Shown here: positions 28,709-40,406 of the stretch, one piece after another | Layout of the letters: each line of letters begins with the position of its first letter | Numbering within the stretch: position 1 is the first letter of the stretch | Notes under the pieces: model-generated | The model's input: only the letters and a program-made list of their open reading frames with translations | The model's database searches: none | What the model was told of the DNA's origin: nothing | Virus record (IMG/VR): IMGVR_UViG_3300023296_000994 | DNA length: 64,000 nucleotides | Origin: a virus | Reading direction: 5' to 3' (one strand) | Program-made: the position numbers and the translations under genes

Positions 28709-29598
28709 AATTCATAGTTGTCTTTAAATGCGCAAAATTTACAGCCGGTTTTCCATGCTGGATATTCCGCTTCTTTATTGTGTTTTCCTGTTTCTAAAAA
28801 TGCCGTGGATATAAAAGAATTAAACTTTCGCTTTGTTCTATTCATACTTACCGACCCATGAGCCGGCCTAAACTGTTGAATACGTGATTGCGGAAAATCA
28901 GTATTTTCATATAACTTCCTCTTTACTATGAAATATTCAACTAAAATAGAATTAGCATCTATACCCAATTGCTTAGAATAATGTTCTTTATAAAGTCTAA
29001 TTTGGTCGCCTTCAATCTTTTTTCTTGCCGGCTTCCATCCATAGAATGAAGATTTAATATCATATAGTACTACGTTATCACCTTCTTGCATTATAATATC
29101 TACAAATCCAATGAACGATACATTATCGTTACTTTCAACGGGTTGTAATATTGGAACTTCAATTCCAATTAATTTGCAATTACGTTTACCAAAGTATTTA
29201 GCGCGCTTCTTTAAAAAGAAATCTAATATTTCAATACCATCGTAATAACATTCCTTCAGATCATCGGACGTAAGGAAATGTACACCTGTTTTTTCATATT
29301 CGGTATTGTATTCACGTATCAATACTGCTTGCATCATTTGATGTAAGCCAAGTTTATTAGCTTCCTTTATAGAAGATTCATACATGACTGTTAAGTAGTG
29401 TTGAAGACATTCGTGTATAGCCGTGCCAAATATACTAAACACATTTGCATCAAATGACTTATGCTTGTCTATGTACGTTAGCTTCCATTGTCTGGGACAA
29501 GTCCTATACATATTAAACTGGCTATAGCTTACCGGGGTTTTACCCTGTTTGTAGGCAGCTATAGCCAGTTCCTTCGGAGATTTGTAACCTTTATTCAT
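28669..29598 (-). CDS. PD-(D/E)XK Cas4-like exonuclease
   Basis: SYSQ...CP, FGTAIH, GFVD...DIKS, C-terminal CKFC...C. Confidence 0.85.
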   Translation of the reverse strand: MNKGYKSPKELAIAAYKQGKTPVSYSQFNMYRTCPRQWKLTYIDKHKSFDANVFSIFGTAIHECLQHYLTVMYESSIKEANKLGLHQMMQAVLIREYNTEYEKTGVHFLTSDDLKECYYDGIEILDFFLKKRAKYFGKRNCKLIGIEVPILQPVESNDNVSFIGFVDIIMQEGDNVVLYDIKSSFYGWKPARKKIEGDQIRLYKEHYSKQLGIDANSILVEYFIVKRKLYENTDFPQSRIQQFRPAHGSVSMNRTKRKFNSFISTAFLETGKHNKEAEYPAWKTGCKFCAFKDNYELCPKGSRIKPESE

Positions 29599-29637
29599 TA
29601 CAGTAATATAGTAATAAATTATGACATTACCAAATAA

Positions 29638-30300
29638 TTACTTACCCCATTTTCCAGTATTTACTAATCTAGCGATAATTCCATACACAGATAAATCTTC
29701 ATATGTATCATCGATAGCCTCACCCACTTCGTCTGGTTGCCCCATCACTACAAGTTGTTTGATACGTTGAATTTTATCATTCATTCTAAAAAATAGGCCT
29801 GTCAATGATAATTTTATATCTTCCGGCGTTGTCAATGGGGTTCCCACTGATATATTTGCTGGGCCGTAATTCCGTTGCTTTTTACAAAACGTGACGTACA
29901 TTTCATCTTGTAATCGCTTGAATTCAGTTGTACATAATGGATACATTCGTTCACAATATTCTATAGCTGTTTCGTTTCGTGTAAGCGCCAGAGTATCCGG
30001 TGTATCACGTACATATGGATTTGGTTCACTGACAGTAACTGGGTAATCGCCATACGGATCAAGAATAGGCAACATTGGCCGAGCTCCTGGAATTGTTGGT
30101 CTTGGAGGCCACGTGGTCCAATCCACGTAATGATACCACGTAGATAAATCCCGCGTTTTGTTTACACTTGGCCCTTCGTTACTCCGGCCCAGGGCTTCGG
30201 CCACTCTATCTTCAGTTGAGTCTTGAGCAACGGGAGTATTTTCAGTTTTATCGGTTCCACGAGTACCACATGGTACTACAACCTTTTTTTCGTCTGACAT
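29638..30300 (-). CDS. DUF1599 / nucleotide-modification-associated domain protein with Pro-rich N-terminal extension
   Basis: KKQRNYG..NI...RMNDK..R...E.I.DT..DL..Y.II. Confidence 0.7.
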   Translation of the reverse strand: MSDEKKVVVPCGTRGTDKTENTPVAQDSTEDRVAEALGRSNEGPSVNKTRDLSTWYHYVDWTTWPPRPTIPGARPMLPILDPYGDYPVTVSEPNPYVRDTPDTLALTRNETAIEYCERMYPLCTTEFKRLQDEMYVTFCKKQRNYGPANISVGTPLTTPEDIKLSLTGLFFRMNDKIQRIKQLVVMGQPDEVGEAIDDTYEDLSVYGIIARLVNTGKWGK

Positions 30301-30304
30301 ATTA

Positions 30305-30565
30305 TTACGTTTTTGGTAAAAATTCTTTTCCGATTTCATTACATTCATCACATTTAAACACCTGTAGTGGAATCATTCGTTCCTTTCCATCCGGTGACAT
30401 AACTGCCGATAGTGTTTTGAATACAAATGCCTGAACAAATGTTTGATTTCCACAGTTATTACATGTGTAATCAGTTAAATCTTCCGGTTTAATATTGAGT
30501 TGTGGTTCCTGTGGTACTGGTGGAGGCGGAGGGCCTTTACCACCCATGTTAATTGTCTTTCCCAT
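30305..30565 (-). CDS. Zinc-ribbon protein
   Basis: CNNC...CDEC. Confidence 0.7.
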   Translation of the reverse strand: MGKTINMGGKGPPPPPVPQEPQLNIKPEDLTDYTCNNCGNQTFVQAFVFKTLSAVMSPDGKERMIPLQVFKCDECNEIGKEFLPKT

Positions 30566-30567
30566 AA

Positions 30568-32217
<1,650 letters not shown>

Positions 32218-32227
32218 TTATTTTCTT

Positions 32228-32596
32228 TTAAATGTGCGCGCTGTTGCGGTCTGTCGGAGGCATTGGTGGAGGTGAAGGGTAGTCTGAACTCGATTTGTTT
32301 TTCGGTCCTGTTCTGTTTATAATAGACAATAAATCAGATTCTTGGACTGCCATCAATCCGTCTGTATCTTCCATTACTTTCGCAGATAATTTAGTATACA
32401 ATACGATATCACCCACAATACACTGCATGTCACCTCTGGCACCAGACAGTAATAATAATCCAGGACCCACAGCAACTACTTCAGCTGTGTTTACACCTTC
32501 ATCATTTGTTTCTGGTACTATTACTCCACCGGATGTAATGTCTTGTTTGGTGGGCTTTATTATTACCCGGCCACCAATGGGAAAAAACTGCTTCAT
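32228..32596 (-). CDS. groES: Co-chaperonin GroES
   Basis: PIGGRVII, TSGGVIVP, VVAVGPG, ESDLL. Confidence 0.9.
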   Translation of the reverse strand: MKQFFPIGGRVIIKPTKQDITSGGVIVPETNDEGVNTAEVVAVGPGLLLLSGARGDMQCIVGDIVLYTKLSAKVMEDTDGLMAVQESDLLSIINRTGPKNKSSSDYPSPPPMPPTDRNSAHI

Positions 32597-32628
32597 AACT
32601 TATTTTTTATTTACTATTATAAATATCA

Positions 32629-33078
32629 CTACTTTTTCTTAAAGCTCGTGAGCTTGGTTATTTTTTTCTTATCAAGACCATACGCCTGTAAGATAGATTT
32701 TACATCATCCTTATCCATTATTTCTAAATATTGAATCACTTCGCGTGATGAAACTTTATACCATTTAATGAGGTAATCAATCAGTTCACTATCATACTTA
32801 GATGTACCCTTTCCTTTAATGTATTTGTCATACGTTTTTACTTTGGGTAAGAAATCATAATAAACTTTATATACATCTCTTGGTTCTAATAATCCAATGG
32901 AAAATATTTGAAATTCATTTACGAATTCAATTAAGTCCTGGTTCATACTTAGAAATCTATTTATAAGAAATGGACTAAACGATTTTTTATCCAACTCACT
33001 TAAGGTATTCCAAGGTACTTTCTTATCCTTTATACCTGCTAAGTGTTCGAAGATTGTTTTTGGTTTCGTTGTACTCAT
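32629..33078 (-). CDS. Clamp loader small subunit (gp62-like)
   Basis: FSPFLINRFLS...Y.KY; adjacent to the RFC gene. Confidence 0.75.
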   Translation of the reverse strand: MSTTKPKTIFEHLAGIKDKKVPWNTLSELDKKSFSPFLINRFLSMNQDLIEFVNEFQIFSIGLLEPRDVYKVYYDFLPKVKTYDKYIKGKGTSKYDSELIDYLIKWYKVSSREVIQYLEIMDKDDVKSILQAYGLDKKKITKLTSFKKK

Positions 33079-33200
33079 TTTATATATTTACGTAGCTTAG
33101 CCTTTACAATATAGTAAATCATTGGGACAAATCCAAATAAACTTAGTAAAGAAAAATGTGGTTCTCCGCATGTACCTAAAATGTGGTGTATAATATGCAT
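33075..33200 (-). CDS. Small membrane protein (41 aa, MHIIHHILGTCGEPH...)
   Basis: Overlaps the start and stop codons of both neighbours. Not in the ORF track. Confidence 0.55.
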   Translation of the reverse strand: MHIIHHILGTCGEPHFSLLSLFGFVPMIYYIVKAKLRKYIK

Positions 33201-34129
33201 TAGTTTATAATATCTAAGATTCCCATAATGGTTGCCATTATATTAATTTCTGAGTCCACTACAAAGCTATCTTTATATTGGCCATCAGCCAACTTAATAA
33301 TTACTTCACCTTGTTTTTGTGGAGCATACTGATCTACATTGTCATAAAGAAACTTAAAGAATTGAGTAAAGTCCTTAACCTTACTATCAGCTATAGTCTG
33401 TCTTATAAGTACAAACTTATTTTCAGTACTTGCCTTAGATGTTAGGTGAATCAAACATTCATTCATGTAATTTGCCTGAATGATAGATTGCTTATCTATT
33501 GTCAACTTACCATTTATTATTTGACTTTGTGCCGATCCCAATATACGTCTTATGTCAGGGTATCCATTATTAACAATAGACACTACATCCGCATTGTCAA
33601 AGGATACTCCTTCTGCGCTGAGGATGGACACGAGCCTCTTAGCCACGTCTGCTTTGTTAGGAGGTGTTATGGCAAATGATTGGCATCTACTCTGTATAGG
33701 GTCTATAATTTTTTCAACGTAATTACATGTAAGAATGAAACGTGTAGTTTTTGAAAAAGTTTCCATTAAATTACGAAGGGCTGCTTGGCCGTTCGGAGTC
33801 ATATAATCACTTTCATCAAGAATACAAATCTTCCACTTTCTGAATCCCATTGAACTGGCAAAGTTTTTGATTTTGGTTCTTACCGTGTCTACGTTGTTTT
33901 CGTCAGACGCATTTATATAAAGTACATCCGCGTCAATTGAATTAGATATAATTTTGGCTAGTGTAGTTTTGCCAGTTCCAGCTTGACCATACAATAATAA
34001 ATGAGGTACGTCTCCCGATTCAATATATACTTTAACTTTACTTTTCAGTAATTCATTACCTACATATCCGTCCAAATCGGCGGGACGATATTTTTCTATA
34101 AATAACGTATGTTCTGTATTTCCTATCAT
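33200..34129 (-). CDS. Clamp loader AAA+ subunit (gp44/RFC-like)
   Basis: EKYRP, GQAGTGKTT, NASDE, LDESD, SRC. Confidence 0.92.
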   Translation of the reverse strand: MIGNTEHTLFIEKYRPADLDGYVGNELLKSKVKVYIESGDVPHLLLYGQAGTGKTTLAKIISNSIDADVLYINASDENNVDTVRTKIKNFASSMGFRKWKICILDESDYMTPNGQAALRNLMETFSKTTRFILTCNYVEKIIDPIQSRCQSFAITPPNKADVAKRLVSILSAEGVSFDNADVVSIVNNGYPDIRRILGSAQSQIINGKLTIDKQSIIQANYMNECLIHLTSKASTENKFVLIRQTIADSKVKDFTQFFKFLYDNVDQYAPQKQGEVIIKLADGQYKDSFVVDSEINIMATIMGILDIIN

Positions 34130-34560
34130 TATTCTCCAGTTGAACCGAATCCACCTTCACCACGTTCCGTATCTTCAAGTTCTTCAACCTCTTCAAATTC
34201 TACGGACGGAATTGGCATAATTACAAGTTGACCTATTCTATCACCTACTTTATAAATTTCAGCTTCTCTGTCACCCCAGAAACGAAGCATTAATTCACCT
34301 CTGTAACCACTATCAATAACACCAACACAATTAGATAACACCAATTGCTTTTTATATATTGAACTTCTGGGATATATCAGACCAACGTATCCAATCGGAA
34401 TTTCTATTGCTATGCCGGTTCCATATCGTATAATTGAATTCAATTCATGTTCTATCGATGTGGCAGTTAAATCTGATCCGGCATCACCTGGATTTGCAAT
34501 TGTAGGAATTACTGCCTTATCGTGCAGCTTCTTGAATTTGACTTTCAATTTCGTTTTCAT
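34129..34560 (-). CDS. dut: dUTPase
   Basis: AGSDL, PRSS, GVIDSGYRGE, RGEGGFGSTG. Confidence 0.95.
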   Translation of the reverse strand: MKTKLKVKFKKLHDKAVIPTIANPGDAGSDLTATSIEHELNSIIRYGTGIAIEIPIGYVGLIYPRSSIYKKQLVLSNCVGVIDSGYRGELMLRFWGDREAEIYKVGDRIGQLVIMPIPSVEFEEVEELEDTERGEGGFGSTGE

Positions 34561-34567
34561 AATTTTA

Positions 34568-35791
34568 TTATCGACCAACTTCACTTAAATATTTAGATTT
34601 CATTTCGTCCCATGAGATACCAACTGCATCAATGTAATACAAATGGTCTGGCTTAAGCCTTCCTTCTGTATGTAGCTTAGTATAACGTCTAATTGCTTTA
34701 GGTTTCCACCAATTATTAATGTAATCAATACCCTCTACAAACTTCTTTTTCATAACAAGTTCGTCTTCGGATATTTTTCCACATAAAAAGTCATTGCCAT
34801 TATCATATATAAATGCTCCGTAACAACCACGTTTGAACCCGTGCTGATACTTAGACTGTGATATTTTACATTCGGAAAATATTTTACTAATTATTTTCTG
34901 TTTGATTCCACTTACTGGGCCGCTGCGTGTATTGTCACCTTCTTCTATAGGGAGACCATCTTTACCACGTTCTTCTGTCACATTTATTTCATACCATTGA
35001 GTACGGTTTTCTTTTATCCATTGGTGCCACGGAGTATAAATTGAATCATCCGGCTTAATACTAATTTTCCCGGCGGATTCACCCAAAGTTTTGAAATGGG
35101 GAATAGCGTTATACTGTGAATGAATACCGTATAATGATGTTGTACCTACTGCTACAAGTGTCTGACCATACGATGATTTCCAATAATCCCTAACATCAGG
35201 GGTTGTTGTCATCGTTGCTATCAATTTTCCACCTAAGAAATTATAACCAAGTGGCTGTGTACATACAATGGTAGATGCTATACTTGTGTGGTTTAGTTTT
35301 CCGGCGGCAAATTTATCTTGTAAAGTCCACCCAATATATTTATCACGTACAGCAAGAGAAGTTATATCCGATGCCATTGATACTTGACCTAATAACTTAC
35401 CACTTACCCTATCCTTTATATTCAATTTGACATTTCGTCCTGGGTTAGGAGTCCAACTCATAGTATGAATCATACGGCGTATGTGGCTCCACTTAGTAGA
35501 TTCCTTTTCCGTTGTTACTATTTCAACGTAAGGGTCCAAGTTTTCTATTTCTCTTACCGTCAAATCATAATCATATATATCGGTGGGATTCCACTGATTA
35601 TCATATAGCTCTGCCAGTAGCGATTTATTTTTAATCACGGCTGGATCTTGAAGTTCAACCCATTTTTTATATAGGGTTTGTTCTTCCACAGTCATACTTG
35701 CCAACGTATCTAAGTTCTGAATTAAATTCTGCTTTTCTTTTGTAAAATCAAATTCATCATCAGGTACTTCGCTGTCCCAAAATGGATTCAT
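34568..35791 (-). CDS. DUF4338/DruA-like protein
   Basis: PGR...D..SGKLLG...RDKYIGW...PLGYNFLGGKL...TTSLYG..SQYN. Confidence 0.7.
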   Translation of the reverse strand: MNPFWDSEVPDDEFDFTKEKQNLIQNLDTLASMTVEEQTLYKKWVELQDPAVIKNKSLLAELYDNQWNPTDIYDYDLTVREIENLDPYVEIVTTEKESTKWSHIRRMIHTMSWTPNPGRNVKLNIKDRVSGKLLGQVSMASDITSLAVRDKYIGWTLQDKFAAGKLNHTSIASTIVCTQPLGYNFLGGKLIATMTTTPDVRDYWKSSYGQTLVAVGTTSLYGIHSQYNAIPHFKTLGESAGKISIKPDDSIYTPWHQWIKENRTQWYEINVTEERGKDGLPIEEGDNTRSGPVSGIKQKIISKIFSECKISQSKYQHGFKRGCYGAFIYDNGNDFLCGKISEDELVMKKKFVEGIDYINNWWKPKAIRRYTKLHTEGRLKPDHLYYIDAVGISWDEMKSKYLSEVGR

Positions 35792-36486
35792 TACGCTAAC
35801 TTGACCAAGTAATATTCAGATGTATAATCCGCCGTAGCGAATGTTAAATGACATAACCCTTTACTTGAAATCTTCATTGATGCACTTTCACTATTCTTAT
35901 TAGCAACAAGAATTGACTTTAAATAATCTGCTGAAAATTGAATGGGCTTCATATCGCCGGATGATGTACATTTAACTACCATTGATACACGATTGGTGTT
36001 CAGTGTGGAATATCCTAAGATAATTTCGCCTGAGTCTGCTGAATAGCTAAATGTAAATTTATCACTATCAGGAAGAGCTGCTTTAGATTTGATGAATCGA
36101 GTGATGAAATCAATATCAAGTTTAATGTCAGCTTCAAAATCGGGAATCTGCTTCATTTCTGGTACATCGGGAATAACTGCCATGTCCGATAAAACGTATG
36201 TTACTGCTGTATTACTATCAGACAACTTAATTGTACTATCAGAGTGTCTAACCTTAATGTCAGAATCAAGTACAGTTAACATCGATTTGAGTTGACTGGT
36301 TGTATATATACCAAATTCTCCAGCAGGAAAATCGGGTTCGTTTGATGTTACATTACCCAACAATGTTTTATCATCGGATATAAATGATACATACATTCCA
36401 GCGGAATCTGCTGAAATTTTAACAGATTCAACTTCACCTGATAGATTGTATCGGGTTATAAATCCGTCTAATTTAGATTTGTTCAT
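35791..36486 (-). CDS. Sliding clamp (gp45/PCNA-like)
   Basis: Size of 231 aa, beta-rich repeat pattern, and position between the polymerase and the clamp loader. Confidence 0.75.
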   Translation of the reverse strand: MNKSKLDGFITRYNLSGEVESVKISADSAGMYVSFISDDKTLLGNVTSNEPDFPAGEFGIYTTSQLKSMLTVLDSDIKVRHSDSTIKLSDSNTAVTYVLSDMAVIPDVPEMKQIPDFEADIKLDIDFITRFIKSKAALPDSDKFTFSYSADSGEIILGYSTLNTNRVSMVVKCTSSGDMKPIQFSADYLKSILVANKNSESASMKISSKGLCHLTFATADYTSEYYLVKLA

Positions 36487-36556
36487 AGTTTACTTTACTT
36501 TTTTGGAGTGATTACAATATAAGGATAATTACTGATAATACCAAATTATTATCAGG

Positions 36557-37461
36557 TTAAAATGAAAAGAATTGTGATGCGGTTTCCAAATTTTCATTTG
36601 GTAGTTCCCATCCAAGTGACGTATAGAATTGTTCCAACTTCTTACCGATTTCACTATTCCATATCTGATCATAATCAATGTATGTATTGATTATATTTAG
36701 GATTTCATCGGAATCTTTGTAGCCTGTGAAGGCAACTGATTCCAATCCAAGATTATTATGTAGTAAATATACCCACTTGATTTTATCACCGTCCTTAATC
36801 GGTTCATACTTAGTAGTAAGATTATAATGTGTAAGTAGTTGATTATGGGCTATACATGATTTGACGTGAGCAGGTGTACCTTTGGTAAACGCACCTAATA
36901 ATTGGTCTTTATAAGTGTATTTACTTATACCCTTTACACCTGAATTACGTCCCAATGATGTAATCGGTTGGTTAGATATATCTTTTCTGTATGCCAGAAT
37001 TTTGTTATCCACTGCCACCTTATTTTCAACTTTAAGTATGTCCATCAGTACCTCAGACATAATAGTTTTGAAGTATGGTGGAAATGATGACCTACGTACA
37101 TCTAGCCCCTTTACATCAAGTTTATCACAGTTAACCCCCTTATCATTAATAATCCACTGAGCATATCGTTTCTTTGCAACCCAGAATGCGCTCTTAGCAA
37201 TTGTTTCTTGTTTGATATTAAATCGATGTGATTCAATATTAAACATTCGAGTGGCCATAACATCATATGTCGAGTTAATATGATTTTGAATTTCACCTGC
37301 TACTGATAGAATGGCAGGTATCATTTGATCATCATTGTTTTCATCAATATCTGGATTACGTGTTTTTACAAGCGGCGTTGATTCGTAGAATACTGAGTCA
37401 GTTAAGTGTCCACGTAAATGTTATAATCTACGTGGACTTTTTCAATTTTTTTGATTTTCAT
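36557..37461 (-). CDS. DNA polymerase B, C-terminal subunit (299 aa if the 5-nt gap in YVDT/DS is bypassed)
   Basis: ATG 37461 gives MKIKKIEKVHVDYNIYVDT then a stop. DSVFY resumes at 37399 in the frame carrying KKRYA and VKGLDVRRSS. The protein ends ASQFFSF. Confidence 0.85.
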
Positions 37462-38126
37462 AAATAATAATAAATTCACACCCTAGATGGGTTGTTATTT
37501 CGTTTTGTCTTATTTTATCCTTTTCAATTCGATTAGTATGGAATGATTCGTAATATTCAATTACGATATTTTTTTCCTTACTATATCCATCAACCCAGTA
37601 GCCAAGTTCTTTAATATAAAATTCTCCGCCATTTTCGGCGTGTTGGAGGTCTACTATATCAAGTTCTTTTGCTTTGGCCTCAATGATGGAAATTGATGAT
37701 GGATTATAGTTTGGAGAAATACCATGCTTGGATATCAATTCGTCAATTCTCTTTAATCTTAGTTTCCTAACACTTTTGGGATTATCCATCGGATTCTTAC
37801 CAACCGAAGTCCAATACTTATATCGTATTTTCTTCATCGCGGCGGTTGCATTTTTCTTCCAAGTCGGGTGTTTATTTCTAGTTTCTATCATTGAATCAAT
37901 ACTATCCTTGCTATGTCGTTTTCCTTTAAATGGATTTTTATCACCACGAACATCAGCGTGATTCTTACTTAGACTTTCTTTATGTTTATCACTAAATAAT
38001 TTACCTGTCTTAGAACAACTCAAACATTTCTTATTTTCAGCTATAGCTTTTTCATGAAACCATTTAGTTTTAATTGTTATTTCGATGCCGCAAGTGGGAC
38101 AATTTCGTACATATTTTCATCATCAT
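37442..38126 (-). mobile_element. Free-standing Vsr/DUF559-like endonuclease with Zn finger and NUMOD3, frameshifted just after its ATG
   Basis: CPTC..CLSC, NPFKGKRHS, HAENGGE...YWVDGY...IEYYE..H. ATG AAA A TAT GTA places the start one base out of frame. Confidence 0.75.
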
Positions 38127-38172
38127 ATCTCCTATAATAAGTATATGATTATTCAACTTTCTGTATGGAGTA

Positions 38173-40116
38173 CTAGACAACAATATCATCATCTTCCGTT
38201 AATTCACCAACTTGCTTCTTACTACCATCCATTAACGTAACAAATTCATTTACACCAAATATTAATTCTTTGCCATTTTCTAGTGTGAGTTTATGTGGAT
38301 TTATGTGTTCATTGTAGTATGCGTTGGCAATCTTTTCCGTAGTTTTAATAATGGTTTGACCACACTCTGTAACAGCTGCAGCATTATCAAGGTCATAAAA
38401 TCTGAACGTGGCAAGCCCAAGACAGCCATATAAACTATTAAGCATGATTTTTTGGGTATGCTGCCTTCTATCGTAGAATTTATACAAATCGGTGGCTCCG
38501 GCCTTACCGTGTGATTTCATTAACTTTGTATATTCTGTTCGTTTTTTAAACCAAACATCTAAGATTTCTGCAATGACACCAACTTTATCCTGTCTATACA
38601 ATACACCATTGGATGATACCGAATAGTTAGATTCTGATAATAGCTCTTGGAATTTAGCTTTGTTAATAGCAGGATAATAGTCGCCGTGACTATCTTCAAT
38701 AATGTATTCATCTATTTCATCGGATATATATCGTTCCGTAGTGAAATTATGAACCTTGCCCATCTTAGTTTCTGGACTAATATTTAGGCTCATAATAATA
38801 CTTGGATACAATGATGTTAAGTCCAAGTCATATACCCATTTATATAATCCGGTAATAGGTTCCTTTACATATGCTCCTACAAAATCAAGTGCCACCTTAT
38901 AATCAGTACCAGCTTCTTTTTCTAGTGGCTTTGATAATGTAAATGTTGATCCATCATATGAATCATACGATACAATAATATAGCTGGATGTAGATTTACT
39001 TATTTTTAATCGGCCTGTTCCAGGTACGTTTGTCAGTATGTTAGATTCCATATTAAGCTTCGTGGTTCCAACGGGATGCTTTCTACTTAATACTAATGAC
39101 AAACGGGGTGGTGAATTTGTTGCAATTCTATTATTCCGTCTAAGGAATGTTAATATAGCACCTTCCAGCCATTTAGATGAAAAAAGAAAATCTTCATATT
39201 GAGTGTGACCGGCATGAGTAATTGAACGAGCAAGGTCAATGAATTGTAGCTTACGGTCCATATCTACCACAAGTTCAACGTCTACCAAGTTATATTCTAC
39301 AAACGTTTCAATGTCATCTCTGAATAGTTCATCTAGGCTTCCAACGTATTCTATTTTACCCCTACCCAATACTTCCTTTGCAATAGTATCCAATCGATAA
39401 TTTGCTAGTTCACTATATGTGAAGTTTTTATATAGAGCAAGATAATCAAGGGATGATACACCTGCTATTAAATAACGGCCGCGTCTTTCATTCCAATCAA
39501 CTATACCAATCGGTGACAACCTATTAGCAACACCTTCCGAAAATACAGTCTTGATTCTGTTATAGAGATATGTAATATCAAAATAATCTATGTTCCACCC
39601 AGTTATAATGGTGGGATTTATTTGTTCCCATTTATTAAGGAATGCAAGTAGTAAGCTATCTTCATCTGGAAAAGATTGTACAATGGCTTTCTTAATCTTC
39701 TTATCTATTGATAAATCTGATATCACATATACATAATAATCATCTGTTGTAGAATCATGTAGCGCTATTGATGTGATTGCATTATCAGCATCAGTTAAGT
39801 CAGGTAACCCCGTTACCATTTCAACTTCAATATCAAACGTAACTACAGTATGGCCGGTGGAAATTTCATCACTGTCACCATACGTATCAATTAAGAAACG
39901 AATGATTGGATTTATATCGCTTTCGTGTAATTTACTAGTGGTATATTTATCCCATTCTCCAATTTTCCTTAATTTCTCCCCATAGATAGATTCAAATGCT
40001 CCATTAGCATCCGGTACATATGCATACTTATGGTATTTTTCTTGCTTGTAACCAAGCTCGTCATCCCAATAATGTATAGTATTGGTCTTCCTATCAAAGT
40101 GCACATTCTGATACAT
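38173..40116 (-). CDS. DNA polymerase B, N-terminal subunit (3'-5' exonuclease and palm motifs A and B)
   Basis: FDIEV, GWNIDYFD, YNLVD, DLTSLYPS, KIMLNSLYG. Confidence 0.92.
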   Translation of the reverse strand: MYQNVHFDRKTNTIHYWDDELGYKQEKYHKYAYVPDANGAFESIYGEKLRKIGEWDKYTTSKLHESDINPIIRFLIDTYGDSDEISTGHTVVTFDIEVEMVTGLPDLTDADNAITSIALHDSTTDDYYVYVISDLSIDKKIKKAIVQSFPDEDSLLLAFLNKWEQINPTIITGWNIDYFDITYLYNRIKTVFSEGVANRLSPIGIVDWNERRGRYLIAGVSSLDYLALYKNFTYSELANYRLDTIAKEVLGRGKIEYVGSLDELFRDDIETFVEYNLVDVELVVDMDRKLQFIDLARSITHAGHTQYEDFLFSSKWLEGAILTFLRRNNRIATNSPPRLSLVLSRKHPVGTTKLNMESNILTNVPGTGRLKISKSTSSYIIVSYDSYDGSTFTLSKPLEKEAGTDYKVALDFVGAYVKEPITGLYKWVYDLDLTSLYPSIIMSLNISPETKMGKVHNFTTERYISDEIDEYIIEDSHGDYYPAINKAKFQELLSESNYSVSSNGVLYRQDKVGVIAEILDVWFKKRTEYTKLMKSHGKAGATDLYKFYDRRQHTQKIMLNSLYGCLGLATFRFYDLDNAAAVTECGQTIIKTTEKIANAYYNEHINPHKLTLENGKELIFGVNEFVTLMDGSKKQVGELTEDDDIVV

Positions 40117-40406
40117 TAAACAGACATTGTTATTTCAGTGATGCGGTAGTTTCCCATATAGCTAAGTAAATCATGTGCATCATCTATCATAAATTTCATG
40201 TTTCTATCACCACCCAACCAATCCTTACGAATAAAATTGTCATATGATATGGGATTAGGTATATTGTACCCCATCGCTTTCGCGCGGTCTTTAATTAACC
40301 TAGCTGTCCGTGAACATCTACATACAATTACATCGGAAGTAGCTGCCGATTTACGTATCAAATGAGTTGTTTTTCCTGAGTTTCGTTTTCCTATATTTAT
40401 TTGCAT
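40116..40406 (-). CDS. Small P-loop protein
   Basis: GKRNSGKTT, MIDD. Confidence 0.6.
   Translation of the reverse strand: MQINIGKRNSGKTTHLIRKSAATSDVIVCRCSRTARLIKDRAKAMGYNIPNPISYDNFIRKDWLGGDRNMKFMIDDAHDLLSYMGNYRITEITMSV

Noticed and set aside
28669-29598. CRISPR-Cas locus from the Cas4-like gene
   Set aside because: Solo Cas4-like nucleases are common in phages, and there is no array or other cas gene.
34568-35791. Druantia defence system
   Set aside because: No DruE helicase or other Dru genes are present. It is a lone DUF4338-like gene among replication genes.
37400-38175. Group I intron or intact intein in PolB
   Set aside because: The gap is filled by the endonuclease ORF with under 50 nt of spacer, leaving no room for a ribozyme core. 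No C1/S1 start or terminal HN is present.
37435-38178. Long ~740-nt hop from GTC-TAG to a downstream GTC
   Set aside because: The C subunit has its own ATG at 37461 with an IntC-like start, which is the simpler explanation.
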